Made by a program: the position numbers and the translations under genes. Positions 49,181 to 59,661 of a DNA stretch of 64,000 bases are shown piece by piece (the stretch's first letter is position 1; each line of letters begins with the position of its first letter). Below the pieces are notes generated by a model. That model was not told the DNA's origin. It searched no databases and was given only the letters and a program-made list of their open reading frames with translations. The stretch is from an uncultured Spirochaetota bacterium (lineage in GTDB: Bacteria; Spirochaetota; Brevinematia; Brevinematales; JAOACQ01): the NCBI GenBank assembly GCA_963768055.1, contig CAVYGN010000002.1:1216001-1280000 (forward strand). The letters are read 5' to 3'.

Positions 49181-51898
49181 TTATCCGGTATTTCTCAATC
49201 CTGAAGCGATGCCGTTAATTGTTATTACAATTATCTCCCTCAGGACTGAGGCTTCAGAGCCTTCAGGGTCGCTTTGCGCTCTGAGGCGCCTGAGCATCTC
49301 GACCTGTAGAAAATTTAGAGGATCGACATAGGGATTGCGCAGCCGTATGGATTTTTGCAGGCGCGGGTCGCCGTCTAGAAGGACGGAATGGTCCGTTATC
49401 TTAAGTATAATCTCTTCGGTCTTTTTATATTCTTCCAATATTATTTTGAAAATACCCCCGGCAATTTCCCTATCGGGTATCAGTGTCGAGTACATGCCGG
49501 CGATTTCCATATCTGCAATGGCAAGCGATACCTCGGTATTATTTATCAGTGTTGTAAAAAACGGCCATCCGAGGTACATTTCTTTGAGCTCTGAGATCCG
49601 GTATTCTCCGGATAATCCTGAACCGAAGCCGTACCATCCCGGAAGGTTGAAGCGGCTCTGCATCCAGGAGAACACCCATGGTATAGCGCGGATATTTTTT
49701 ATCGAATCTTCCGCCTGATCCCGGTCTGCCGGGCGCGATCCTATCCTGAGCCTTTTGATCTCGTCTATCGGGGTAGCAAGGCGCCAGAATTCTGAAAATC
49801 CGGGCGTATCAAATAATAGCGACCTGTAAACGGCATGCGAATTCAGAGACATGCCGGATAAGGCGGAATGCCATTCTTCCGATACAGGTTTAAAGCTTGT
49901 TGTTTCTTCAAATGAGGACAATAGTACCGCATGAACTATCTCTTCGATATGTCGCCGGCCAAGGTAAAGGTTCGAATAATGCGAGGAAATTACTTCGCCC
50001 TGTTCGGTAAGGCAAAACCTTCCGTTGACTGTGCCGGGCGGCTGAGAGCGTATTGCCTGGTTTGACGGGCCGCCCCCCCTGGCTGTCGTGCCCCCGCGGC
50101 CATGAAATATAGTAAGCACAATTCCATATTCGCCGCATATGCTTGTGATTTCCTCCTGCGCCTTGTACAGCGCCCAGTTCGAGGCAAGGTAGCCCCCATC
50201 CTTATTCGTATCGGAATATCCGATCATAACCGTCTGATGATTATTGTTAACCGACAGATGTTTCCTGTATGCCTCGTTTGTGAAGAGGTCTTTTAATATC
50301 CGGGGGGCCGCGTTAAGATCTGAAATGGTCTCAAAAAGCGGAACTATGGGTAAACAATCGGAGCATCCGGTCCATTTAGCGAGAGTGAGCACGGTAAGGA
50401 CGTCGGCAGAGCTTTTTGTCATCGAAATGACAAACGGGCCTATTAAATGATTGCCGAAGATCGAATGGGCTTTTGTAACAAGCTGAAAAAGGGACAGGGT
50501 TTCAGCCGCCGCAGAAGTGACTCCGGGATGCCTGGCAAGTTCAGGCGGCGATTTATCAAGGAGAAATGTGAGAAGTTTTTCCCGTCCGTGTTCATCCATT
50601 CCTGTAAAGTTCATTTCGATCTCGAGGCCCCTGAGAATTTCTCCCAGGGCCCGGTTCAGCCTTGAAGATTCTTCGCGGAGATGCAAATTGGCGCTATGAA
50701 GGGAAAATATCTCCATCTGCCTCAATACTTTTGCGGGCTGCCTCGAGGCTAACGGCTGAGGGAGTATCTTGATCAATGTTTTTAGAAAATCCGTCAGGTT
50801 TTCCGGCTGAAGGTGAGAGGTTTGGGGCAAGTCCGATAAAAGCTGGGAAAGCATATCGGACTGAGAGGCCAGGGCCAGGTCGTTTGAAACAAGGGAAAGG
50901 GCGAGCCTGTAAGGTTCTCTCTTGTATCTTTCTTCTATATACGCGACATGCTGAGGGAAAGGCCGGCGGCTGTCTATCCAGGCCTGAAGTTCAGGGGGTG
51001 GCGGCAGCCTGCGTATGCTTAAAGACAAACGCCGGGAGAGATCCCGGAGCGCCGTCCGGTATTTTTCAACAGCCAGCCCGCGATGCAGGCGTAAAGTTTC
51101 AGCTGTGACTTCTGTTGAAACATTGGGATTTCCGTCGCGGTCGCCTCCAATCCATGAAGCGAGTCTTAACCATGTCGGCGTCGAAGAAAGGCCCTGATAA
51201 TACTTTGCGAGCGACAGGTCGAGAGTATCATAAATCTGCGGTAAAAGGGTCCAGAAGATTTCATCGATAAAATAAAGGCCTGTCCTTACTTCGTCGGTCA
51301 CGGCGGGTCTCTCAGTCCGGACACGGTCTGTAAGCCAGAGCGCGCTAATCTCCGCGCGGAGATCGGCTGAATATTCATCAATCTGAAGCGGCGGCAGGTC
51401 GGGACGCTTAAAATTTTGCAGAATTTCCGCAATACGCTGGAGTTTTGACAGGATTGTGCGTCTCTTCGCCTCGGTAGGATGAGCTGTGAGTACAAGCACA
51501 ACACTAAGGCTTTTCAGGAGGGACTCCATCTTCTCTTTTGAAACGCCGCTCTTTTTTATAAAAGCGACAGCTTCCCCGATCGATCCGGGGACTGGTTCGG
51601 GATAAAGGTCTCTTTCATTCTTCTGCATTCCCCGGACCCGGTCGTCCTCTTCCGCCAGATTGACAAGGTCGAAAAAAATCGTGAAAGCGGAAGCGACAGC
51701 CCGTGCGTTATCGGGAGCAAGGGCCGACACGAGTGTTGTAAGGGTTTTAAGGGCCGTTGCATCGCCCGACCTCCGCGCTTTCGATGCATGCCGTATACTC
51801 TCTTCGATATTTAACAGATCGATCGATTCGAACATTGTGATCGTTTGCCCCAGAATATCTCCAAGCAGATGGATCGTCCCGGATAAATTATCAGCCAT
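49181..51898 (-). CDS. ppc: Phosphoenolpyruvate carboxylase
   Basis: LTAHPTE, GGDRDGNP, FHGRGG, RAIPW, C-terminal RNTG; start at 51898 lies downstream of the predicted promoter. Confidence 0.96.
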   Translation of the reverse strand: MADNLSGTIHLLGDILGQTITMFESIDLLNIEESIRHASKARRSGDATALKTLTTLVSALAPDNARAVASAFTIFFDLVNLAEEDDRVRGMQKNERDLYPEPVPGSIGEAVAFIKKSGVSKEKMESLLKSLSVVLVLTAHPTEAKRRTILSKLQRIAEILQNFKRPDLPPLQIDEYSADLRAEISALWLTDRVRTERPAVTDEVRTGLYFIDEIFWTLLPQIYDTLDLSLAKYYQGLSSTPTWLRLASWIGGDRDGNPNVSTEVTAETLRLHRGLAVEKYRTALRDLSRRLSLSIRRLPPPPELQAWIDSRRPFPQHVAYIEERYKREPYRLALSLVSNDLALASQSDMLSQLLSDLPQTSHLQPENLTDFLKTLIKILPQPLASRQPAKVLRQMEIFSLHSANLHLREESSRLNRALGEILRGLEIEMNFTGMDEHGREKLLTFLLDKSPPELARHPGVTSAAAETLSLFQLVTKAHSIFGNHLIGPFVISMTKSSADVLTVLTLAKWTGCSDCLPIVPLFETISDLNAAPRILKDLFTNEAYRKHLSVNNNHQTVMIGYSDTNKDGGYLASNWALYKAQEEITSICGEYGIVLTIFHGRGGTTARGGGPSNQAIRSQPPGTVNGRFCLTEQGEVISSHYSNLYLGRRHIEEIVHAVLLSSFEETTSFKPVSEEWHSALSGMSLNSHAVYRSLLFDTPGFSEFWRLATPIDEIKRLRIGSRPADRDQAEDSIKNIRAIPWVFSWMQSRFNLPGWYGFGSGLSGEYRISELKEMYLGWPFFTTLINNTEVSLAIADMEIAGMYSTLIPDREIAGGIFKIILEEYKKTEEIILKITDHSVLLDGDPRLQKSIRLRNPYVDPLNFLQVEMLRRLRAQSDPEGSEASVLREIIVITINGIASGLRNTG

Positions 51899-51932
51899 TA
51901 TCAGCGCCTTTTTATAAAATTGGAATATGATA

Positions 51933-51961
51933 ATAATAGGGAAAATCAGATTTCTCGTCAA
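51933..51961 (-). promoter_or_regulatory. sigma70 promoter of ppc
   Basis: TTGACG-17-TATTAT. Confidence 0.7.
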
Positions 51962-52161
51962 GGGGCCGTTCAAACAATATACCTCTGGATGAAGTCAATT
52001 TTTTTTCTCACAGGATTCGCAAGCTTAAGCTGCAACGGCTCAAACTGCGGCGGGACATGTGCCCGCTGATCGCCGTTTTTCGCCGGCAGCTTCTACGCTT
52101 ACTCATTAGGTTTGAAAAAAAATTGCTTCATCAGGATTTATATTGTTTTGAATCCGGCTTT
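51961..52161. other. ~200-nt rod-shaped inverted-repeat element (structured ncRNA such as 6S, or MITE)
   Basis: Nested pairing along the whole length with a central bubble and G-U pairs on the + strand. Confidence 0.55.
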
Positions 52162-52253
52162 AAAGGGTAGGTAATTCTGTTTTTTGACCGGCCCTAATGG
52201 TTAGATTAAGGGATTTTCTGGAAATTTCCATAGCTATATATTATATTTCTACT

Positions 52254-52946
52254 ATGAAATTGACAATAGCGGAATTGGGGCTTGTCGGGTACAAAGAAGC
52301 TCTCAAGCTCCAGGAGCATTTAAGGGATTTGAGAGCTGCCGATAAAGTTAAAGATACGCTGCTTCTCCTTGAACATAATAATGTCATAACCATCGGGAGG
52401 AGGGGCAAGTATTCAAATATTAAAATTCCTATTAGCTTCCTTGAAAAGGAAAAAGTAGATATTCACGAAGTGACAAGGGGAGGCGACGTTACTTATCATG
52501 GCCCCGGCCAGCTTGTCGGTTATCTTATTTTCGACCTCAGGGATCATGGCAGGAATATCAGGGATTTTGTCTGGAATATTCAGGAAGTTTTCATCAGGAT
52601 GCTGAAAAATCATTTTCATATCGAAAGCAGCCGCGGCGAGGGTTTATATACGGGCGTATGGGTTGGAAATGAGAAGATAACGGCAATAGGCCTGTCCGTA
52701 AAACGCTGGGTAACAATGCATGGATTTGCCTTCAATATCAATACGGACCTGGACAATTACAAATGGATAAATCCGTGCGGCATCACTGATAAAGGAGTTA
52801 CTTCGCTCGAAAAAATTACAGGCTTTAGGCAGGATTTTAAAAATGTCGCCGGTTTTGTTTCGGATTCATTTTGCGAGGTCTTTAATATGGAAAGAGATAA
52901 AATTACCGGGACAGTGCAGGAAATATTTAGGGATTTAAATAAATGA
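52254..52946 (+). CDS. lipB: Lipoyl(octanoyl) transferase
   Basis: [28 protein letters not shown]. Confidence 0.96.
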   Translation: MKLTIAELGLVGYKEALKLQEHLRDLRAADKVKDTLLLLEHNNVITIGRRGKYSNIKIPISFLEKEKVDIHEVTRGGDVTYHGPGQLVGYLIFDLRDHGRNIRDFVWNIQEVFIRMLKNHFHIESSRGEGLYTGVWVGNEKITAIGLSVKRWVTMHGFAFNINTDLDNYKWINPCGITDKGVTSLEKITGFRQDFKNVAGFVSDSFCEVFNMERDKITGTVQEIFRDLNK

Positions 52947-53815
52947 TCAATAAAAAACCGGACTGGTTAAAAATAAGGGTCCGAAGCTCGAAAGAAAAGG
53001 CTGAGGTTGAAGAAATATTGAACAGGTTTTCACTGAATACAGTTTGCGAAGAAGCCGAGTGTCCCAATCTCATGGAATGCTACAATAAAAAAACGGCCGC
53101 ATTTATGATCCTCGGGAGCGTATGCACGAGGAACTGTACATTTTGCGGCGTATCCAAAGGACAAGTTTCCGAAGTCGATAAAAACGAGCCCGGAAATGTC
53201 GCCGCCGCTATTAAAGAACTGCATCTGTCGCATGTGGTAATTACTTCCGTTACAAGGGACGATCTTTCCGACGGCGGTGCAGCTCATTTTGCCGAAGTAA
53301 TAAAAAACATAAGAAATCTTGGGAAAAAAATTGTAATTGAAGTGCTGGTGCCGGACTTCTCCGGCAGCCTGGAATCGCTGAAATTAATTGCCGGCGCCGG
53401 TCCGGACATCATTAATCATAATGTGGAAACCGTGCCCAGGCTTTATCCGGAGGTAAGACCCGCAGCGGTTTATAAAAGGTCTCTCCTTCTGATAAAAAAT
53501 GTCAAAAGATTAAACAATAGAATTTATTCAAAATCCGGGATCATGGTAGGGCTCGGGGAAAAGCGGAAAGAGGTTATCCGGGTGATGTCAGACTTACGAA
53601 AAGCCGGGTGCGAGATGCTGACAATTGGACAGTATCTTGCTCCCTCTAAGAAGCATCATGAGGTCGTCGAATATATCAGCCCGGATATTTTTGAAATGTA
53701 CAGGAAAACCGGACTCAAGCTCGGATTTATGTCAGTCGCTTCCGGTCCTTTCGTCAGAAGTTCTTATAATGCCTGTGAATTTTTCAGTATGATGGATACT
53801 TCTTATGAATTATGA
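52943..53815 (+). CDS. lipA: Lipoyl synthase
   Basis: [25 protein letters not shown]. Confidence 0.97.
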   Translation: MINKKPDWLKIRVRSSKEKAEVEEILNRFSLNTVCEEAECPNLMECYNKKTAAFMILGSVCTRNCTFCGVSKGQVSEVDKNEPGNVAAAIKELHLSHVVITSVTRDDLSDGGAAHFAEVIKNIRNLGKKIVIEVLVPDFSGSLESLKLIAGAGPDIINHNVETVPRLYPEVRPAAVYKRSLLLIKNVKRLNNRIYSKSGIMVGLGEKRKEVIRVMSDLRKAGCEMLTIGQYLAPSKKHHEVVEYISPDIFEMYRKTGLKLGFMSVASGPFVRSSYNACEFFSMMDTSYEL

Positions 53816-55517
53816 AGAAGAGATCCAGTCTACCCTTATCTCCATCCCCGAACAATTATTACAAATAATCGGAGTCGTTTATACCCACCATAAAACCGGC
53901 GACGGCGGGGATATTTATCTGACCCAATACGGCCTGCCTTATTCGCGCCTTCTTGAAATTGAAAATTGGTACGAACAACAATGGTTTGAAACCCACAGGG
54001 AAAGGCTTGAAGGCACAAGCGCTGTTTTTAAAGTAAAAACCAAAGAAATGGAAGGAAAGAGCCTTGAGCTGGTTGTTAAAAACTCGCGGTTCGGAGAGGA
54101 TGTGCCGCTTGAAACGCGTACGCTCATAGAGTTTATAAACGCCGAATTTAACAGTCCCTGGGAAGAATTTTCGATGGTTTTTGAACTGAGGGAAAGCAAA
54201 TACGGCCCTGACGGCATCAAAGTAAAAACACAATACCCCCTGGCAATATATGTTCCTCCGGAAACCATGCAGCTCTGGCAAAGCGGCAGGTCCGCATACA
54301 AGGTAAGCCGCATAATCGACAGGCATCCGGGCATCGATATCGATATTCTCAAACAGTATAAATTGATTTACGGATGGATAAAGGGAAAAAATATAATAGA
54401 AGTTTTCAATGAGATCGGAATAGCAGGGGCCGAGCTTGAAATGAATCTGGCGCCGATTACCAGAAAAGTGATAGCTGACCTTGATAAAAAGGGGTACGCG
54501 GTAGCGGATATGAAACCATCCCATATAATAATCGATGAAGATAATATCAATAAGCTCGATGTAATGGGCGATAATAGCGATCATAAATCCCGGGGGAAGA
54601 AATTTACTTATATTCTTGACTTGGTAAACAGCGGGCAATATTCGATAGTAGATTATGAACTATTGGTCCGCACTCCGTCATATGACGAATATGTAAAGAA
54701 TATCCGCAGGCATACATATCTTGACGATCAGAGGGACAGGTATTTAGCCGCTCCTCTGCCGTCATACCTTTCTGAAATGGAAATTTTCAACGTGCCCTAT
54801 ATATATGGTCATGTGGAAAGCACGGGAGGGTTACTATGGGTAGTGGGAAGAAACCCGAACCTTTACGATTATTTCCTGCCTGAAAGGTGGAGGACCACCC
54901 ATAACTGGAAACTATCGGTTAAGAACGAAGTTTTTTATACAATCACGAAGGACAATATCCATATTGTCTGGAAGGATTCCCGCGTAGGGGAAAAGCCTTC
55001 GGCTTCTCCAATGATCGAATACGGTTACAACAGCCCGTTCGAAGAGTTCTCGATAGCCGAATACCTGAATAATAACGGGGTTCCGACCGTATATATGCGC
55101 GCGATTTATATGACCGGCAGTTCCAAGCAGGAACACTCGGAGGATATGAGGCGGTATGAGGCCCATGGCAGGCTTAAATGTCCCGACGGCCGTCCCGTAT
55201 TAAGCGCTCTGCATAATTATATCACGATCAGGGGATATTATAACGGTCCCGATGAATGGGTAGCTGAGCAAAAAGGGCAGCTGTACAGGCCCGTCGATCT
55301 GGCAAAAGCGCTGAATAGCGGCGTTTTCACTGAAACTGAAGCTTACGGCCTCATCGGCAGGGTAATCTCATCAATGAAAAATATAGGCTACGACGGCTCC
55401 CTTCTCCAGGCAAACGATATAATAATATCCTATAATACAAAAGGCGATATCGTAAAAGACAATGAAGGATATCCCGAATTACGCATAACCAACCTGGAAT
55501 TCATCAGAAAAATTTAA
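53805..55517 (+). CDS. Hypothetical protein with two tandem kinase-like (RIO/Kdo-WaaP-like) halves
   Basis: VVK, NSPWEEF/NSPFEEF repeat, DMKPSH, DYE. Confidence 0.6.
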   Translation: MNYEEEIQSTLISIPEQLLQIIGVVYTHHKTGDGGDIYLTQYGLPYSRLLEIENWYEQQWFETHRERLEGTSAVFKVKTKEMEGKSLELVVKNSRFGEDVPLETRTLIEFINAEFNSPWEEFSMVFELRESKYGPDGIKVKTQYPLAIYVPPETMQLWQSGRSAYKVSRIIDRHPGIDIDILKQYKLIYGWIKGKNIIEVFNEIGIAGAELEMNLAPITRKVIADLDKKGYAVADMKPSHIIIDEDNINKLDVMGDNSDHKSRGKKFTYILDLVNSGQYSIVDYELLVRTPSYDEYVKNIRRHTYLDDQRDRYLAAPLPSYLSEMEIFNVPYIYGHVESTGGLLWVVGRNPNLYDYFLPERWRTTHNWKLSVKNEVFYTITKDNIHIVWKDSRVGEKPSASPMIEYGYNSPFEEFSIAEYLNNNGVPTVYMRAIYMTGSSKQEHSEDMRRYEAHGRLKCPDGRPVLSALHNYITIRGYYNGPDEWVAEQKGQLYRPVDLAKALNSGVFTETEAYGLIGRVISSMKNIGYDGSLLQANDIIISYNTKGDIVKDNEGYPELRITNLEFIRKI

Positions 55518-58500
55518 GTCTGGCTCCCCGCAAGTTTCTTTTGCTGCGCCCTGCGGACTCTCCACCTGTCAAGCCTCCATTCCACCGCCTCGTAAACCAC
55601 CGGAACGACCACAAGGGTGAAGAAAGTCGATGTGAGCACACCGCCGATGACCGCTACAGGCAGAGCCTGTCTTCCCCTGGACCCTTCGTTGAGTCCGAGG
55701 GCCATCGGCAGCATTCCGAAGATCATGGCGAAGCTTGTCATTAAAATAGGCCTCAGTCTTATAGGCCCGGCATGAAGCAGGGCTTCCCTGATAGTCATCC
55801 CCTCGACCCTTTTTTTATTGGTAAAGTCTATCAGCAGGATCGCGTTCTTGGTGACCAGCCCCATTACAAGAAGGATCCCTATGAATCCGTAGATGTCGAT
55901 ATCGACTTTTGTCAGCAGCAGGAGTAGCGATGACCCAATTAGAGCCAGAGGTATCGAGATCATCAGGATTATCGGCTGTATGAAATTATTGTAAAGCGAG
56001 GCCAGGATCATGTATATAAAGAGCAGGGCAAGAACCAGGGCCAGAGCCATCTGCGGCACCAGCTCGTTGTAATTTTTCTGCTGTCCGGCGAAATAATAAT
56101 AGTATCCGGGAGGCATCGGCACGGTCGTATCGATCTGTTTTGAAATATTTTTCAAAACCTCCTGCAGGGAATGGCCCGGCGCAAGATTGCCGAAGATCCT
56201 CACTATGCGCTGTTTGTTTTCCCTGCGTATAGCAAGCGGGGAGGATGAATAGGTAAAGTTGGCTATCGCCGAGATAGGGACTTTCGTGCCGTTCTGGGTC
56301 GGTATCATGATATTCCTTATATCTTCAGCCTTCTGCCTGTCCTTTTCATCCATCCTTATTACGATGTCAAAATCCTGGTCGCCCAGGGTATATTCTGAAA
56401 TTATATTGCCCTGTATGAGGTCCTGGAGTGTCTGCCCGAGATATTGGGCGGTGATCCCCATCTGCTGGGCCTTGATATTATCCACCTGGAGGACGTATTC
56501 AGGCTGTCCCGGTTTATAGGTCGTGTTGATATCTATAGCTCCCGGAGTCTGCGCTACTATCCTGAAAATTGAAGTGGAAATATCCGCGAGAATGTTCAGA
56601 TCGGGGCCCGCTATATTCAGGTAGATAGGCGAACTTCCCCCACCCGAAGCGCCGCCTCCGCCCCCGCCGTACGAGGCCTGGGTTGTCCTGGCGATGATGT
56701 ATTTTCCGAATTTCATCTGAATATATTTTCTTACCTGGGCCATGAAATCTTCGGTGTTGATATTCCTTTTGCTTGAGTCTTTCATGTCCACGTAAATAAA
56801 CGCCTTCTGGCTGTCCGAAGAGGTCGGGATGCTTCCAGTAGACCCGATAGAGGTATAGACGGTTTCGACAGGCTGTTGTTTAAGCAGATATTTTTCAAGA
56901 TCGTCGGCAAAATAGGCTATTTTGTCGAGGGGCGCGCCGGGATATGTCTCCATGTAAACATTGAACGATCCGGCGTCTCCCGGGGATATGAAATTAGCGC
57001 CTATATACCCTCCCGCAAAAATGTACATGCTGAAAATAAACAACCCCAGTGTAGATATTAAGACCTGCCATTTGTGATTAAGGCTCCAGCGCAGGATTTC
57101 ATGGTAGAGATTGTTCATATAATGATAGGCCTTGTTCCATCCTCCGCTCAGGTTGTCGAAAAACCTCATAACTCCCTTTGATTTAGCTTTATCGGTTTTC
57201 TTGAACCAGTAGGCTGAAAGCATGGGGGCCGATGTAAAGGCGTCGAGAAGCGATATCAAAAGGGCGAAAGCCACTGTAAGGCCGAATTCCCTGAAGAATT
57301 GCCCCGTGACCCCTGTAAGGAATGATATCGGTATAAACACGGCCAGAATAGAAAGGGTTGTCGAAAGCACGGCCATGCCCACCTCGTTAGTCCCGTTTTC
57401 CGCCGCTGTTTTCGGGTCCTGTCCCATTTCAATATGCCTGAATATATTTTCCCTGACGACGATCGAGTCGTCGATTAAAAGCCCTATTGCCAGCTGCAGA
57501 GAGAGCAGCGTCATCGTGTTAAGGGTGAAGCCGGCGATGAAGACCAGGAAAAACGCGCCCAGCAATGAATTGGGCAGGGCCATCGCCGTTATGATAGTCG
57601 AACGGAAATTCCCGAGGAAAAGCCACACTATGACTATAGCGAGGATAGCGCCGAGCAGGATATCGTTTTCCACCCCGGTGATGCTCCTGTGGATGAATTT
57701 CGACTGGTCGCTGACCATTCTAAGGCTGACTCCCTTCGGAAGGATTTTCTGGATGGAAGGCAGGGCCCTGCGCAGATTATCGGATACCGCGACCGTGTTC
57801 CCCCCGCTCTGCTTGAGGATCTGGAACATACAGGCGTTGTTGCCGTTGACCCTTGCCCTGGACAGCTCATCCTGTAATTTAACCTCGACCTTTGCTATAT
57901 CTTTAATGCGCAGTATCTTTCCTGTGGAACTTGTAAGGGCTATGTCCCCGAGGTCCTTTACTTCCTTGGCCAGCCCGAGGACCCGCACGTTTACCCATTT
58001 CTCATTTTCATATATTGTTCCTGTAGGAAAGGTTATATTCCTCTGCTCCAGGGCGTTGACAACCTGCTTGTAGGTCAGGCCTGTAGCCGCAAGCAGTCCC
58101 TTGTTAACCGTAAGGTTAACGACCTTTTTCTGGGCGCCCAGGATATCCACCTCACCGACCCCGTCGACAGCCTCGACCCTGGGTTCGGCCATTTCCTCGA
58201 AAATCTGGCGCAGGTCAGCGAGGCTTTGCTTGCCTTCGATGGACATGTAAATGATAGGAAAATCATCGGTGGAAAAGCGCCTGATAATGGGCTGCTGTAT
58301 GTTTATCGGGAGCTGGTTCATTGTCTGGCCCACCTTGTCCCTGACCTCCAGTTCGGCGAATTTGACGTCTGCGGTCGAGGTGAACTGTATTATAATTATA
58401 GATACGCCTTCTTCGGATTGGGACGAAAGAGTATCGAGGTCCGAAACGCCGCCGAGGTTGTTTTCAAGCGGCTTGGTGACCAGCTGTTCGATCTCTTCGG

Positions 58501-58666
58501 AGGAAGCGCCGTTAAGCTGCGTCACTACCGTTACGACCGGGAAATCTATGTTGGGCAGCATATCCATAGGGAGCCGCATATACCCGACTAGACCAAGTGT
58601 TATAATAGATACTATGATCATTACTACGAACACAGGCCTGTTTATAGCAATTTTAACGATTTTCAT
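55514..58666 (-). CDS. RND efflux permease (AcrB/AcrD/AcrF family)
   Basis: GLLIDDSIVVREN, KNAILLIDF, RLRPILMT. Confidence 0.96.
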   Translation of the reverse strand: MKIVKIAINRPVFVVMIIVSIITLGLVGYMRLPMDMLPNIDFPVVTVVTQLNGASSEEIEQLVTKPLENNLGGVSDLDTLSSQSEEGVSIIIIQFTSTADVKFAELEVRDKVGQTMNQLPINIQQPIIRRFSTDDFPIIYMSIEGKQSLADLRQIFEEMAEPRVEAVDGVGEVDILGAQKKVVNLTVNKGLLAATGLTYKQVVNALEQRNITFPTGTIYENEKWVNVRVLGLAKEVKDLGDIALTSSTGKILRIKDIAKVEVKLQDELSRARVNGNNACMFQILKQSGGNTVAVSDNLRRALPSIQKILPKGVSLRMVSDQSKFIHRSITGVENDILLGAILAIVIVWLFLGNFRSTIITAMALPNSLLGAFFLVFIAGFTLNTMTLLSLQLAIGLLIDDSIVVRENIFRHIEMGQDPKTAAENGTNEVGMAVLSTTLSILAVFIPISFLTGVTGQFFREFGLTVAFALLISLLDAFTSAPMLSAYWFKKTDKAKSKGVMRFFDNLSGGWNKAYHYMNNLYHEILRWSLNHKWQVLISTLGLFIFSMYIFAGGYIGANFISPGDAGSFNVYMETYPGAPLDKIAYFADDLEKYLLKQQPVETVYTSIGSTGSIPTSSDSQKAFIYVDMKDSSKRNINTEDFMAQVRKYIQMKFGKYIIARTTQASYGGGGGGASGGGSSPIYLNIAGPDLNILADISTSIFRIVAQTPGAIDINTTYKPGQPEYVLQVDNIKAQQMGITAQYLGQTLQDLIQGNIISEYTLGDQDFDIVIRMDEKDRQKAEDIRNIMIPTQNGTKVPISAIANFTYSSSPLAIRRENKQRIVRIFGNLAPGHSLQEVLKNISKQIDTTVPMPPGYYYYFAGQQKNYNELVPQMALALVLALLFIYMILASLYNNFIQPIILMISIPLALIGSSLLLLLTKVDIDIYGFIGILLVMGLVTKNAILLIDFTNKKRVEGMTIREALLHAGPIRLRPILMTSFAMIFGMLPMALGLNEGSRGRQALPVAVIGGVLTSTFFTLVVVPVVYEAVEWRLDRWRVRRAQQKKLAGSQT

Positions 58667-58691
58667 ATTATACCTCCAGAGTCCCTGCGAG

Positions 58692-59651
58692 TCAGTTCCC
58701 GGGGGATGTCTTTATCTGGTCCCCGTCATTGAGCTTGAAGGCTCCCGCTGTGATAACCTCGTCTCCCTCTTTAATGTCTCCGCTGATTTCAACCATACCA
58801 TGGTATGAATAGCCCCGGGATACGTTGATCTGCCTTGCCCTGCCATGGTTGTTGACGAAAATATAAATGTTGTCAAGGTTGGCTATGACCGATTCTTCAG
58901 GAACGCTGAAATCGTTTGTAACCCCTATAATGATATCGACGACAACCGACATCCCTATCTTAAGCATCGTGTTAGTAAGGGGCGCCGTTGCGGTAACGGT
59001 CCCGGAAAGGGTTTGACTTTCTACGAAAGGGGTTACTTCATCGACCGTCGTATTCATTGTTATGTTTGAGTTGTTTTCATAATAAACTTCGGCCTGCATC
59101 CCCTTTTTTATTTTAAGAAGGTCGTCAACACCGAGGTTGACGTCGACCTTTATTTTTTTCGGATTCGCGACTTCGGCGACGGGTTTATCCATGGTGACCA
59201 GAGTCCCCCTGTCTATATAATATAATTTAATAACTACTCCCTCGATCGGCGACCTTACAGGGGCTAAATTGTAAGTCTGCCCCACTATGTCCCTGTAAAT
59301 ATAGGCTATAGGCTGGTCATAAGCGATATAAGCACCTTCGGTTACCGTATTGTACTGGAATTTTCCGGTGACCTGGGGATAAACAAGGACCTGGGGATCG
59401 CCCTCTACGATGCCTTCCCCTGAAACGGTCATCGTCAGCGGCTGTTTTTTCAGGGTCATGGAACCCACCTGGTATGCAAGGGGGGGAGTCTTTTTGCTGT
59501 TTTCAATGATCTTATCGACTATCCGGAGAACTGCCACCCCGAGAATCAATGCGGAAAAACCGATCGCAATGTATATCAGCAATCTTTTCCTGGATTCTTT
59601 TTCTTTATTTCCTTTTTTAGCCATATGCGGCATAATAGTCAGCTTTGCCAT
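58692..59651 (-). CDS. RND membrane fusion protein
   Basis: N-terminal TM, VRSPIEGVV, GIKEGDEVI-like C-terminus. Confidence 0.9.
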   Translation of the reverse strand: MAKLTIMPHMAKKGNKEKESRKRLLIYIAIGFSALILGVAVLRIVDKIIENSKKTPPLAYQVGSMTLKKQPLTMTVSGEGIVEGDPQVLVYPQVTGKFQYNTVTEGAYIAYDQPIAYIYRDIVGQTYNLAPVRSPIEGVVIKLYYIDRGTLVTMDKPVAEVANPKKIKVDVNLGVDDLLKIKKGMQAEVYYENNSNITMNTTVDEVTPFVESQTLSGTVTATAPLTNTMLKIGMSVVVDIIIGVTNDFSVPEESVIANLDNIYIFVNNHGRARQINVSRGYSYHGMVEISGDIKEGDEVITAGAFKLNDGDQIKTSPGN

Positions 59652-59661
59652 GTAAAACTCC

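Noticed and set aside
56636..56670. GC-rich low-complexity run in the RND gene
   Set aside because: Encodes an in-frame Gly/Ser linker, common in this family
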